In this document: piece by piece, positions 1 to 7,550 of the stretch
How positions within the stretch are numbered: position 1 is the stretch's first letter
How the letters are laid out: every line of letters starts with the position of its first letter
Source of the DNA: Escherichia phage EcSzw-2
Sequence record: MH791400.1
DNA: 64,000 bases
Direction: 5' to 3' (one strand)
Position numbers and translations under genes: made by a program
Notes under the pieces: generated by a model
The model's input: the letters and a program-made list of their open reading frames with translations, nothing else
Told to the model about the DNA's origin: nothing
The model's database searches: none

Positions 1-50
1 AACATCCTCTTAAAAGCTCTGTATAGCTCTGTATAGCCTCTTTTAAGCCC
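1..50. repeat. ~50-bp direct repeat, copy 1 (copy 2 at ~3641-3690); contains internal tandem GCTCTGTATA x2
   Basis: aacatcctcttaaaagctctgtatagctctgtatagcctcttttaagcc recurs essentially identically at ~3641-3690. Confidence 0.8.
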
Positions 51-99
51 CTTGTAAGGTAACTATAGCCCAAGTAACTGTAAAGGGCTTTACAGGGCT

Positions 100-240
100 T
101 TATAGGGGCTTTAAAGGGTATGCCAAGTTGACTAACAAGGATTTAACAAGGTCTTAACAATGATTTAACATACCCCTAACAAGGGTAACTATGCAGGAGT
201 TGTTAAGAATTTGTTAAGAAAATGTTAAGGGGGCTAGCAT
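100..240. repeat. array of TAACAAG / CTTAACA heptamers in direct then inverted orientation (candidate protein-binding array)
   Basis: taacaag at ~134,147,175 plus ttaacaa/ttaacat variants; inverted copies tgttaag x3 at ~200-235; far above chance for a 7-mer. Confidence 0.6.
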
Positions 241-719
241 TTACGTAACTTTTAAGCCACTTTTAAGCAACTTTATAGCCCCTATAACATACTTTTANNN
301 AGACAATAACAAGCCCTTTTTAGTAGTTCACAAGGGACTAACGAGATGATAAAGCTTGATACCTTATAAGATTCTTTTAAGGCCATAGAAAGCTCTATAA
401 ATGGCTTTTAAGAGTGGGTTAATATGATTGCTTAAGTTAGGTTGATAAGCTGTTATAGGGCTTTATAGAGCGTTTTAGAGGGTTGCCCTCCCCTTTGGGT
501 TATGGGCTTATATTTAAGTTGATTTGATAAGATGATATAGAGTAAGCTATAGAGTTATTATTTTTAAGGTCTGGTAAGATTCTCTAAGAGTCTGCATAGG
601 GATTGCATAGACGTAAAAAAGCCCCTATGAGATAGATTCTATGAAGGTAATTCATTACCTGAATNAGAAAGGGGCTGTTAAGGTATCTGGGGCTATTTTA
701 GCCCCGTTGCGGCGTCTCG

Positions 720-968
720 TTAGTTATGACCGTCCTTGTCATAGTAAAGAGAAATGATTTTATCGTTCCAATAGTGCCAATGATTACCATCTTTCACCGC
801 CTCTTGGATAGCTGCAATCCAAAAATCCGATTCAGGGTTATAATCCTTGACAATCTGGCTAACAAGGCTTTTCACCATATCAAAAGCACTATCTGTACTG
901 ATAATGTCAAATTTAACATCCAGTGAGTAAAAACCATATTCGTTAACAGTTGCGCGGATAGTTGCCAT
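720..968 (-). CDS. hypothetical early protein (82 aa)
   Basis: ORF directly preceded by conserved promoter/leader cassette ending ...CCTAAACTGGAGAaTCAAAG-ATG. Confidence 0.65.
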   Translation of the reverse strand: MATIRATVNEYGFYSLDVKFDIISTDSAFDMVKSLVSQIVKDYNPESDFWIAAIQEAVKDGNHWHYWNDKIISLYYDKDGHN

Positions 969-1055
969 CTTTGATTCTCCAGTTTAGGATTGATTTGGTA
1001 AAGCTCTTTATCTGGGGCTTATACTATCGAACTATAAACCCCTTGTAAAGCACTT
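969..1055 (-). promoter_or_regulatory. early promoter + conserved leader/RBS cassette, type A (TTTACA-N17-TAGTAT, GGAG RBS)
   Basis: On minus strand: TTTACA (~1044-1049), 17-bp spacer, TAGTAT (~1021-1026), then leader aagccccagataaagag...cctaaactggag; inverted repeat ggggtttata/tataagcccc brackets the -10. Confidence 0.6.
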
Positions 1056-1253
1056 TTAATACATTTTATCGAATAACTGGTTTATTGCAGCAACTGCATG
1101 ATTTTTAAAGTTTAAGTTGTTAGTGTTATCAGAAAACACTACTTCAGTGTTGTAAGTGATTTCTAGTGATACAAACGAACCATTTACATTTAAAGAATAG
1201 GATACACCTTTTAAGCACCACAAGGTAGACAGCTTTTGCATTAAATCTTTCAT
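1056..1253 (-). CDS. hypothetical early protein (65 aa)
   Basis: ORF preceded by type B promoter/leader cassette with GGAG RBS. Confidence 0.6.
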   Translation of the reverse strand: MKDLMQKLSTLWCLKGVSYSLNVNGSFVSLEITYNTEVVFSDNTNNLNFKNHAVAAINQLFDKMY

Positions 1254-1330
1254 CTTGAATCTCCAGTTTAGGAAGTAAGCTTGATTGCTTGATAGATACT
1301 ATAGGGCTTTTAGAAAGTGATTGCAAGCCC
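1254..1330 (-). promoter_or_regulatory. early promoter + leader cassette, type B (TTGCAA-N17-TATAGT)
   Basis: Minus strand: TTGCAA (~1321-1326), 17 bp, TATAGT (~1298-1303), leader ...cttcctaaactggagattcaag-ATG; promoter spacer can form hairpin agggctt/aagccct. Confidence 0.55.
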
Positions 1331-1454
1331 TTTTTAGTCTTATCTATAAAGAATCTTTTAAGTGATTCCTTTTAGATAAAACCCCCTCGAACAAATGTAC
1401 TATTGTCAAGGGGTATCGTCAAGTAATTTTTGAAAGTTTTTTGTAAGTTGTTGA

Positions 1455-1796
1455 TTAACTTATAAAGATTTTTTCAGGCTTGACGTAGTTCATTTTTTGG
1501 CCTTTAAGTAAATCACTCCAGATTAAAGCGGCAATGTGACCATAACCGGATTCACGTAGCGCTTTCATCGTGTTGACTTTTGTTTCAAATCGTGTTGCGT
1601 AGTATTCACTGTTAAGGGTTGTTTTGTTCCCTTCATTGTCTGTATGAATGATTTGCATCACATGAAACGGGCTAACATCCTCTCCGAGATTCCATTGCTC
1701 AAAGTATTTTAAACACTGCATAGGCGACATATTATCACTGACTCGTGTAGACCATGATGAATTTTCTTTATCGGTAATTACGGTTACATGTGCCAT
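1455..1796 (-). CDS. hypothetical early protein (113 aa)
   Basis: ORF with upstream conserved cassette and GGAG RBS. Confidence 0.65.
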   Translation of the reverse strand: MAHVTVITDKENSSWSTRVSDNMSPMQCLKYFEQWNLGEDVSPFHVMQIIHTDNEGNKTTLNSEYYATRFETKVNTMKALRESGYGHIAALIWSDLLKGQKMNYVKPEKIFIS

Positions 1797-1870
1797 CTTT
1801 GAATCTCCAGTTTAGGAAAGCTCTTTATCTGGGGCTTATGGTATCAAGCTTTTAAGCCCCTTGTANTTGT
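1797..1870 (-). promoter_or_regulatory. early promoter + leader cassette, type A variant (ambiguous base at 1866 in the -35 region)
   Basis: Conserved leader aagccccagataaagagctttcctaaactggagattcaa; -10-like TACCAT; hairpin-capable ggggcttat...ataagcccc. Confidence 0.5.
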
Positions 1871-2099
1871 AAATCTCTAAAAATTCATCTTCATTAACAT
1901 TTTCGTAGTATTCTGCGTTTTCGTCTTCACCTTGTAAGACATAGCAGCCCATTCTAGACGATTTCGGGTATTCTTGTCTAGCAATATTGCAAGCTTCTAC
2001 CGCGTTTTGTTTAGTTCCTTCAAAGGATTCTAAAACCCCATAATGGCAATTATTAGCCCCAGAGCATACAGCAAGCATGAGATAGATTGTAGTTAACAT
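1836..2099 (-). CDS. hypothetical protein with N-terminal hydrophobic signal-like segment (87 aa; 3' end reads through the downstream promoter cassette and the ambiguous base)
   Basis: ORF; N-terminus MLTTIYLMLAVCSGANNC is signal-peptide-like; no own cassette, probably co-transcribed with the upstream 185-aa gene. Confidence 0.45.
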   Translation of the reverse strand: MLTTIYLMLAVCSGANNCHYGVLESFEGTKQNAVEACNIARQEYPKSSRMGCYVLQGEDENAEYYENVNEDEFLEIYXYKGLKSLIP

Positions 2100-2162
2100 G
2101 ATTTAAGCCCCTTGCAAGCCCCTATGCGGGGCTTTTTAATGTTGTTAGTGTGATTGTATGGT

Positions 2163-2720
2163 TTACGCTAAAACGTCGTTTACAGTGCTTTCTGTTAAGC
2201 TTTCCTGCATTGCGTCTAGCATGTTGCAATAGATAATTGAACTATCATCAGTATTTTGAATAAAGCTTGCAACTTCTTCAAGTTTTTCATCAACATAGCC
2301 TAAATTTGGATTTTTTAAGTTAGGTACAAAAAACGGTGAATACATAGAGTTAAATTCTGTGATGTAAACCTTTTTAATCCAATCTTTATCAAAAGATTCT
2401 GTAAAGCTTGCGATATCACTCATATTTTCACAAGACCAATCATCTTGCAATTCATATTCTGGAATGTCAAGTTCTAAGATAACAATATTTTGGGTTTTCA
2501 TCTGAAAAGCTGCTGTGATTGTAGCACTATCAAGAGCATTGCGTAAACCTTCATTAGTAATTTCTTCAGCATTCATAGAATCAAGGTCATAGAATTTATT
2601 AACAGGGTAAACGTAAAAACAACCATCACTATCAGAGCAATTCCAAGCGCCTGATGGTTTATCACCGCCATTGATGAGGTTTACAAAGTTTTCTTGAGTA
2701 GTACCGTGAAAGCATTTCAT
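2163..2720 (-). CDS. hypothetical early protein (185 aa)
   Basis: ORF preceded by conserved leader/RBS (promoter part diverged or truncated; n at 2773). Confidence 0.65.
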   Translation of the reverse strand: MKCFHGTTQENFVNLINGGDKPSGAWNCSDSDGCFYVYPVNKFYDLDSMNAEEITNEGLRNALDSATITAAFQMKTQNIVILELDIPEYELQDDWSCENMSDIASFTESFDKDWIKKVYITEFNSMYSPFFVPNLKNPNLGYVDEKLEEVASFIQNTDDSSIIYCNMLDAMQESLTESTVNDVLA

Positions 2721-2775
2721 TTTGAATCTCCAGTTTAGGATTGATTTGGTAAATCTCTTTATCTGGGGCTATNAA
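2721..2775 (-). promoter_or_regulatory. conserved leader/RBS cassette (type A, truncated promoter part)
   Basis: ttgaatctccagtttaggattgatttggtaaatctctttatctggggctat matches the other cassettes. Confidence 0.5.
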
Positions 2776-2849
2776 ATTTGGATTCACTCCGTTCATCTTG
2801 GGTCACCATATCATGTGATAAAATATCTACCCTTCTTAACAGCCTACTT

Positions 2850-3010
2850 AATCTTACTCTCTATATATATATAGTTATATAGTACTATATAGTATCTTAG
2901 TCCCTTAACAGTGAGTCTCTATAGCCCTCTGTATAACCCTTCTATAAAGCCCTATAAGCATCCCTCTTCCAAACCTATACAATCACCTTAACCATCTCTT
3001 CATAGCCCCT
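2850..3010. repeat. phased (~10-11 bp) CTATA(G/A) / TATATAG short repeats in noncoding AT-rich DNA
   Basis: ctatatatatatagttatatagtactatatagtatc...ctctatagccctctgtataacccttctataaagccctataagc; helical-period spacing suggests intrinsic bending. Confidence 0.5.
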
Positions 3011-3349
3011 TAGAAGCCCCTATACCCATCTTAATCTCTATGTCAGAGATAGTACCCTCTATAGGGTGTTCACTAGGTTCTACTAATCCTCTNGTTGTTC
3101 TTAAGAATCAACCTCTTAGGCTTATCCTACAAGGTCTAACACGTTATTAACAAGGTATCTTATAAGCCTGTATTTACCTGTTTTATACAGAATACTATAT
3201 AGATATTTATGCAATTCTTAAAATTTTTATAAAATAGAACTGTCAAGTCATTTTTTAGGGTCTTGAGAGCAACTCAAAAATATCTGTTTAGGATGTATAT
3301 CTGCTTGGTAGCCCTTAACAGCCTTGTAACATACCCTTTGCAAAATTTT

Positions 3350-3600
3350 AAAATATCATTAACAAATTCTTAACAACTCTATCAATCTCTTAACATCTCT
3401 TCAAAGGTCTTAACAGATTCTTAACAGGACTAACAAGGGTGTAACAGTTATTTAACAAGTGCTACATAGTCTTTACAGAATCTTAACAGATGACTAACAA
3501 GAGCTAACAAGTTAATTTTAAAGGGTTATTTTGTTAAGATAATTAACAAGTTCCTAACAAGTGTTTAATCCTTTTAACAAGCTGTTAACATGGTCACTAT
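3350..3600. repeat. dense array of (C)TTAACA(A/G)(G) repeats, ~15 copies, ~11-22 bp spacing
   Basis: tcttaacaactc, tcttaacatctc, gtcttaacagattcttaacaggactaacaagggtgtaacag...tttaacaagtg...gactaacaagagctaacaag...ttaacaagttcctaacaagtg...tttaacaagctgttaacatgg. Confidence 0.7.
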
Positions 3601-3640
3601 CTCTTCTCTTCTCGTTCCCTTAACTTCTCAGTGAATCTCT

Positions 3641-3690
3641 AAACATCCTCTTAAAAGCTCTGTATAGCTCTGTATAGCCTCTTTTAAGCC
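3641..3690. repeat. ~50-bp direct repeat, copy 2 (matches window positions 1-50)
   Basis: aaacatcctcttaaaagctctgtatagctctgtatagcctcttttaagcc. Confidence 0.8.
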
Positions 3691-3935
3691 NTAGTTTTCT
3701 TTGAGAAAATTAGTTTAACTGCAACCGTGGGAAGTTCTTCAATACTTGTAAAAAGCGTTACCTTTTGAGTAACAACCTTGTAACCATTTTTTGCAGCGTA
3801 TGCCGTGAAACGATTAACCGTATAACTATAAGTTTTTGATGTGTTGTCTGACATATGGTACAAATAGGGCTTGCCTAAATTTTGAGATTGTGTTAACAGT
3901 CGGCAAGTATCAGGAACGTTTAAATAATTAAGCAT
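3684..3935 (-). CDS. hypothetical early protein (83 aa; 3' end overlaps repeat copy 2 and ambiguous base 3691)
   Basis: ORF preceded by type B promoter/leader cassette. Confidence 0.55.
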   Translation of the reverse strand: MLNYLNVPDTCRLLTQSQNLGKPYLYHMSDNTSKTYSYTVNRFTAYAAKNGYKVVTQKVTLFTSIEELPTVAVKLIFSKKTXA

Positions 3936-4020
3936 TTAGATTCTCCAGTTTAGGAAGTGGGATTGCTTGCCCGTCTGATAAGTAATTTAAGCTATTTAAA
4001 AACCAGTGTCAATAGATTTT
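3936..4020 (-). promoter_or_regulatory. early promoter + leader cassette, type B (TTGACA-N17-TAAATT)
   Basis: Minus strand TTGACA (~4007-4012), 17 bp, TAAATT (~3984-3989), leader acttatcagacgggcaagcaatcccacttcctaaactggagaatctaa-ATG. Confidence 0.55.
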
Positions 4021-4425
4021 TTAAAGTTCTGCGTAAATTGCATCACAGATATCACGAAAATCATAGCTTGTCAAGTTACGTTGTAACCATGTTGCGAAAA
4101 AATCAGCTATTGCAAAATTTGCATCATACTCAACAGATAACCACACTTTTACAGCAAATCGAAACATTTTCAAGTCAAGTTCTTTATTCATTACTTTTGA
4201 TTTGCCTAACATGTCAACCATTTCATATTGTGCGCCGTCAAGTGTAACACCTGATGCAACATTTGCAAGTGAATTTTTTACGCTTTCAACGTCTAAGATT
4301 GCACCTTGAATCTTTCCGATAATGTTATGCAGTGTTTCGTCTGGTGCTGCTGATGTAATTACGTTGATGCGATTAACGGTCAAACGTGCTTTCAGGATTG
4401 CAGTGTCACGAGTATTCATAGCCAT
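4021..4425 (-). CDS. hypothetical early protein (134 aa)
   Basis: ORF with type A cassette and GGAG RBS upstream. Confidence 0.65.
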   Translation of the reverse strand: MAMNTRDTAILKARLTVNRINVITSAAPDETLHNIIGKIQGAILDVESVKNSLANVASGVTLDGAQYEMVDMLGKSKVMNKELDLKMFRFAVKVWLSVEYDANFAIADFFATWLQRNLTSYDFRDICDAIYAEL

Positions 4426-4510
4426 TTTTAAATCTCCAGTTTAGGGGTTATCGATAAAATCTCTTTATCTGGGGCTATACTAGCAAACTTTATAACCCCA
4501 TGTAANAGAC
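4426..4510 (-). promoter_or_regulatory. early promoter + leader cassette, type A (TTACAT/TTTACA-N17-TAGTAT; n at 4506)
   Basis: Conserved cassette sequence; the -35 lies inside the 3' end of the upstream ORF. Confidence 0.55.
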
Positions 4511-4777
4511 TAAATACAACTTTTTCCCGTTAACAATGATGTAACTTACACCGCTATTGCTGTAAACATCTTGATAGATTCTGCGTAACTTGCCTGAATA
4601 GCGCACTTTCCAAGATGTAGGAATCTTTTTACCGTATCCGGTGGATGTTTTTTGTAAACCTGCTAATTGCCAATCTAAAATGTGTTGTTCTGCTGTTAAC
4701 TCTTCAAAGTTTAATACGCCGTCTACATAGTGCTTTAAAGTAACGTTTAAGGTGTGACCATTATTTGTAGTATACAT
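4490..4777 (-). CDS. hypothetical early protein (95 aa)
   Basis: ORF preceded by type B cassette. Confidence 0.6.
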   Translation of the reverse strand: MYTTNNGHTLNVTLKHYVDGVLNFEELTAEQHILDWQLAGLQKTSTGYGKKIPTSWKVRYSGKLRRIYQDVYSNSGVSYIIVNGKKLYLVXYMGL

Positions 4778-4870
4778 TTTGAATCTCCAGTTTAGGAAGT
4801 GGGCTTGCTTGCCCGTCTGATAAGTAATTTACTTGTTTCCGTTACCAGTTGCAAGCCCTTTTTAGAAATT
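4778..4870 (-). promoter_or_regulatory. early promoter + leader cassette, type B (TTGCAA-N17-TAAATT)
   Basis: ctaaaaagggcttgcaactggtaacggaaacaagtaaattacttatcagacgggcaagcaagcccacttcctaaactggag on the minus strand. Confidence 0.55.
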
Positions 4871-5193
4871 TATTTCCGTTTGCTTATCTCGTGAACAATA
4901 ACAGCGTGATAATCTTTCAAATTACTAATATTTAAAGCATTTAGTAAAGCATTATAATCATCAACTAACTGAAAATCACCGCTTAGAATGTCACTAACCT
5001 GATATGTGTTAGCCTTGAATCTGAAGCCCATCTCTAAACGCTTTAATTGTTCTACGTTTAAACGCTCTAGAAAGGACGTCACAAGGTTATTATTGATTTG
5101 CCTTGTGATTGCATCACTTGCCGCCTGATGCGCTTTATAGGCTTTATACAGTGCTAAAATAGCAATAAATAAGGCAACTCCAGAAATTAGCAT
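4870..5193 (-). CDS. hypothetical membrane protein (107 aa, N-terminal TM helix)
   Basis: ORF; N-terminus MLISGVALFIAILALYKAY is hydrophobic; start overlaps stop of upstream ORF (ATGCTAA), so translationally coupled. Confidence 0.6.
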   Translation of the reverse strand: MLISGVALFIAILALYKAYKAHQAASDAITRQINNNLVTSFLERLNVEQLKRLEMGFRFKANTYQVSDILSGDFQLVDDYNALLNALNISNLKDYHAVIVHEISKRK

Positions 5194-5483
5194 GATGATT
5201 TACCTTTATGAAATAGTTTACCAGTGTGACTAATCTCAAAAGAATCTATCATATCTTTTGTTGATTTAACAGAACTTTTATTTGCATTGTCATAGATATC
5301 TACCTGAAGCAATGGCTTTTTGTATTCTTTACAAAAGTTCCAAATACAGACAACAACTTCTTTACCATTGATTTTTCCGTGATACCATTCTGTTACTTCA
5401 TGAGTACGGCGCATAGATTCTACAAATTTGATATCTTGTAAAAGTTTGCTCAACTTGGAACGTACATTTGCAGCAATAAACAT
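5187..5483 (-). CDS. hypothetical early protein (98 aa)
   Basis: ORF with type A cassette upstream. Confidence 0.65.
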   Translation of the reverse strand: MFIAANVRSKLSKLLQDIKFVESMRRTHEVTEWYHGKINGKEVVVCIWNFCKEYKKPLLQVDIYDNANKSSVKSTKDMIDSFEISHTGKLFHKGKSSC

Positions 5484-5573
5484 TTTAGAATCTCCAGTTT
5501 AGGATTGATTTGGTAAATCTCTTTATCTGGGGCTATNCTTATCAACCTGATAACCCCATGTAAAGCAATTTAT
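5484..5573 (-). promoter_or_regulatory. early promoter + leader cassette, type A (n at 5537)
   Basis: TTTACA-N17-TAAGnA plus conserved leader and GGAG RBS. Confidence 0.5.
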
Positions 5574-6086
5574 TTAGATATCAAAAATATTCATCATTAA
5601 ATCTTTCAAGGCTTCTAAACGTTCCATGACTTCAGATTCTGCGTCTGCGTTGCTTACTTCCTCTTTTAGTCTATCCTCTAAATCGTCGCCGTCGCTATAG
5701 CACCAATCAAAGGCATATCCAAGATAAAAACTATCTAAAACCGTGTTTCCGTTTGCAGCTACAACTTTTGCAGATAGGCTATATTCTGAAGCCTCTAAAT
5801 CCCTTTCTAGTTCTTTCTGTAAGCTGATGTAAGCCTCTCGTGATGGATTTTCCCGGCCTTGTTTTGCATAGTCGCTAGAAAGCTGTTTAAGGCTATAGCG
5901 TAAAGGGATTGCATATTCAAATTCATTACGTTGATAGTTAGGATTCTTAATAGTTACCCCGCCTTGATGGTTGTTTGTAAATTCCCAATCACTGATGTTA
6001 TGGCTTGCTTCATAGCAGTTAACAGCTTCATATATGATAGAGAATTTCTCTTTTACAACTTCAAAGGTAGCGTCTACAGTTTTCAT
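5574..6086 (-). CDS. hypothetical early protein (170 aa)
   Basis: ORF with type A cassette upstream. Confidence 0.65.
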   Translation of the reverse strand: MKTVDATFEVVKEKFSIIYEAVNCYEASHNISDWEFTNNHQGGVTIKNPNYQRNEFEYAIPLRYSLKQLSSDYAKQGRENPSREAYISLQKELERDLEASEYSLSAKVVAANGNTVLDSFYLGYAFDWCYSDGDDLEDRLKEEVSNADAESEVMERLEALKDLMMNIFDI

Positions 6087-6171
6087 TTTGAATCTCCAGT
6101 TTAGGATTGATTGTAAAGCTCTTTATCTGGGGCTTATATTAGCAACTCATAAACCCCATGTAAAGCACTTT
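6087..6171 (-). promoter_or_regulatory. early promoter + leader cassette, type A (TTTACA-N17-TAATAT)
   Basis: Minus strand TTTACA (~6159-6164), 17 bp, TAATAT (~6136-6141), then conserved leader and GGAG RBS. Confidence 0.6.
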
Positions 6172-6429
6172 TTAGATTAAATTTGCAGTTAATGCCAAGT
6201 GCATTTTATAACCTTGTATAGTGTAAACATTGGTTTTACCAATAGTCTTTACACCTTTGAAAAGGTTGTAAGAGTTATGCTTTAAGTTTAATTGCTTGTC
6301 ACACTTTACGCCCCATCTTACAGCAGAATCTTTCCCGTTGTCAATCACTTTTCCGTCTAAATCTTTTGCCAGTAAACGAGCGTTATCACGAGTTTTTGCA
6401 TTAACTACTACGTTTTTGATGATAGCCAT
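6172..6429 (-). CDS. hypothetical early protein (85 aa)
   Basis: ORF with type A cassette upstream. Confidence 0.65.
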   Translation of the reverse strand: MAIIKNVVVNAKTRDNARLLAKDLDGKVIDNGKDSAVRWGVKCDKQLNLKHNSYNLFKGVKTIGKTNVYTIQGYKMHLALTANLI

Positions 6430-6518
6430 TTTTGAATCTCCAGTTTAGGGGTTATTGATAAAATCTCTTTATCTGGGGCTTATACTATCGAACTATAAAC
6501 CCCCTGTAAAGCACTTTA
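6430..6518 (-). promoter_or_regulatory. early promoter + leader cassette, type A (TTTACA-N17-TAGTAT)
   Basis: Near-identical to the cassette at 969-1055. Confidence 0.6.
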
Positions 6519-6899
6519 TTAGCTAATTTTAAAGATAGTCACATAGCCATCACTACCAATCATCTGAGAAACACCAGCTTTCTCGACATTGTAACCCATT
6601 TTATCAAGATGGTAAATTGCATCTTCATAGCCGTAGGCATCACCTTGATAACGTCTCTTCTCACATTTTATCAAGGTTTTACCACGTCCAGCAAGTGCAT
6701 TAATGATAGCTTTATCACCTGATAAACTACCATCTAACATAGTTGCGCGATAATGGTTTATTTTGTTGCCATTTACATCATACTTAAAATTATATGCGTG
6801 AACAACAATTATTTTACCTTTGAATTTTTCATCAAGTGTTTTCTCCAGTACATCGCGGAAGTTTTCTTTATTGATGAATTTAGGCGCACGATATTTCAT
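6519..6899 (-). CDS. hypothetical early protein (126 aa)
   Basis: ORF with type A cassette upstream. Confidence 0.65.
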   Translation of the reverse strand: MKYRAPKFINKENFRDVLEKTLDEKFKGKIIVVHAYNFKYDVNGNKINHYRATMLDGSLSGDKAIINALAGRGKTLIKCEKRRYQGDAYGYEDAIYHLDKMGYNVEKAGVSQMIGSDGYVTIFKIS

Positions 6900-6980
6900 T
6901 TTGAATCTCCAGTTTAGGATTGATTATAAAGCTCTTTATCTGGGGCTTATGGTATCAAGCTTTTAAGCCCCTTGTANGCA
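6900..6980 (-). promoter_or_regulatory. early promoter + leader cassette, type A variant (n at 6977)
   Basis: Same variant as 1797-1870 (ggggcttatggtatcaagcttttaagcccc). Confidence 0.5.
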
Positions 6981-7135
6981 ATAATTTTTATAACTTCTTT
7001 TAGTGTGATGTTTTCGCCATTTGTCAAGGCTAAACATTTGTTACCAGTGCATGACAAGTAACTAAACGAGACTTTACCAGTTTTAGAAAATCCGTCAAGC
7101 CCTTTGTAAGTGATGATAGAGTTTTCTTTTATCAT
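6947..7135 (-). CDS. hypothetical small protein (62 aa; C-terminus reads through the downstream cassette)
   Basis: ORF directly follows the 84-aa ORF without its own cassette; probably co-transcribed. Confidence 0.4.
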   Translation of the reverse strand: MIKENSIITYKGLDGFSKTGKVSFSYLSCTGNKCLALTNGENITLKEVIKIIXYKGLKSLIP

Positions 7136-7146
7136 TCATCAAGCCC

Positions 7147-7401
7147 TTAAACGTCATAATAGTAAATTGCAGTATGTCTAATATGCTTTCTTGTGTGAGT
7201 TGTCAAGTAACAATCTGAATTAATTGACGTGTTTACATATGTATCATAATCTTTCTCTGATATACGTTGCCACACATCACAAATTAGCATATAAAAGCGA
7301 CGATGTTTAGTCTCAGTATTATCTACAATCATTAACTCACGTTGATATAACATTTTGAATCTCCAGTTTAGGAAGTGGTCTTGTTTGCCCGTCTGATGCA
7401 A
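7147..7401 (-). CDS. hypothetical early protein (84 aa), first gene of the early array
   Basis: ORF with type B promoter/leader upstream. Confidence 0.6.
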   Translation of the reverse strand: MHQTGKQDHFLNWRFKMLYQRELMIVDNTETKHRRFYMLICDVWQRISEKDYDTYVNTSINSDCYLTTHTRKHIRHTAIYYYDV

Positions 7402-7460
7402 ATACTAAATAACTTTGTTTTGCAGGTCAAGCAAATTTTTAAAAATATTTTCAGGAATTG
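7402..7460 (-). promoter_or_regulatory. early promoter + leader, type B (TTGACC-N17-TAGTAT)
   Basis: Minus strand: ttgacc tgcaaaacaaagttatt tagtat ttgcatcagacgggcaaacaag... Confidence 0.55.
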
Positions 7461-7550
7461 CCAGAGATGAACGGGCGCACGACTACCACAAAACATAGCA
7501 CAAATCAAGAATTATTTTTCAGTTCTCTACAGATTTTTCTCTTGACTTTT

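Noticed and set aside
1144-1326. 60-aa minus-strand ORF overlapping the 65-aa early gene and its promoter
   Set aside because: Alternative frame spanning the promoter cassette; the 65-aa ORF is the one directly preceded by the conserved leader/RBS.
2118-2140. Plus-strand oriented terminator-like hairpin (agcccctatgcggggc + ttttt) as evidence for a plus-strand gene in the early region
   Set aside because: No plus-strand ORF with an RBS exists nearby; more likely a member of the GGGGCU/AGCCCC hairpin family acting on the minus-strand transcript or blocking antisense read-through.
720-7460. Regularly spaced ~90-bp repeats separated by variable sequence, superficially CRISPR-like
   Set aside because: The intervening segments are protein-coding ORFs of 190-560 bp, the repeats contain -35/-10 hexamers and an RBS directly before each ATG, and there are two repeat subfamilies; this is a promoter/leader cassette array, not a CRISPR array.
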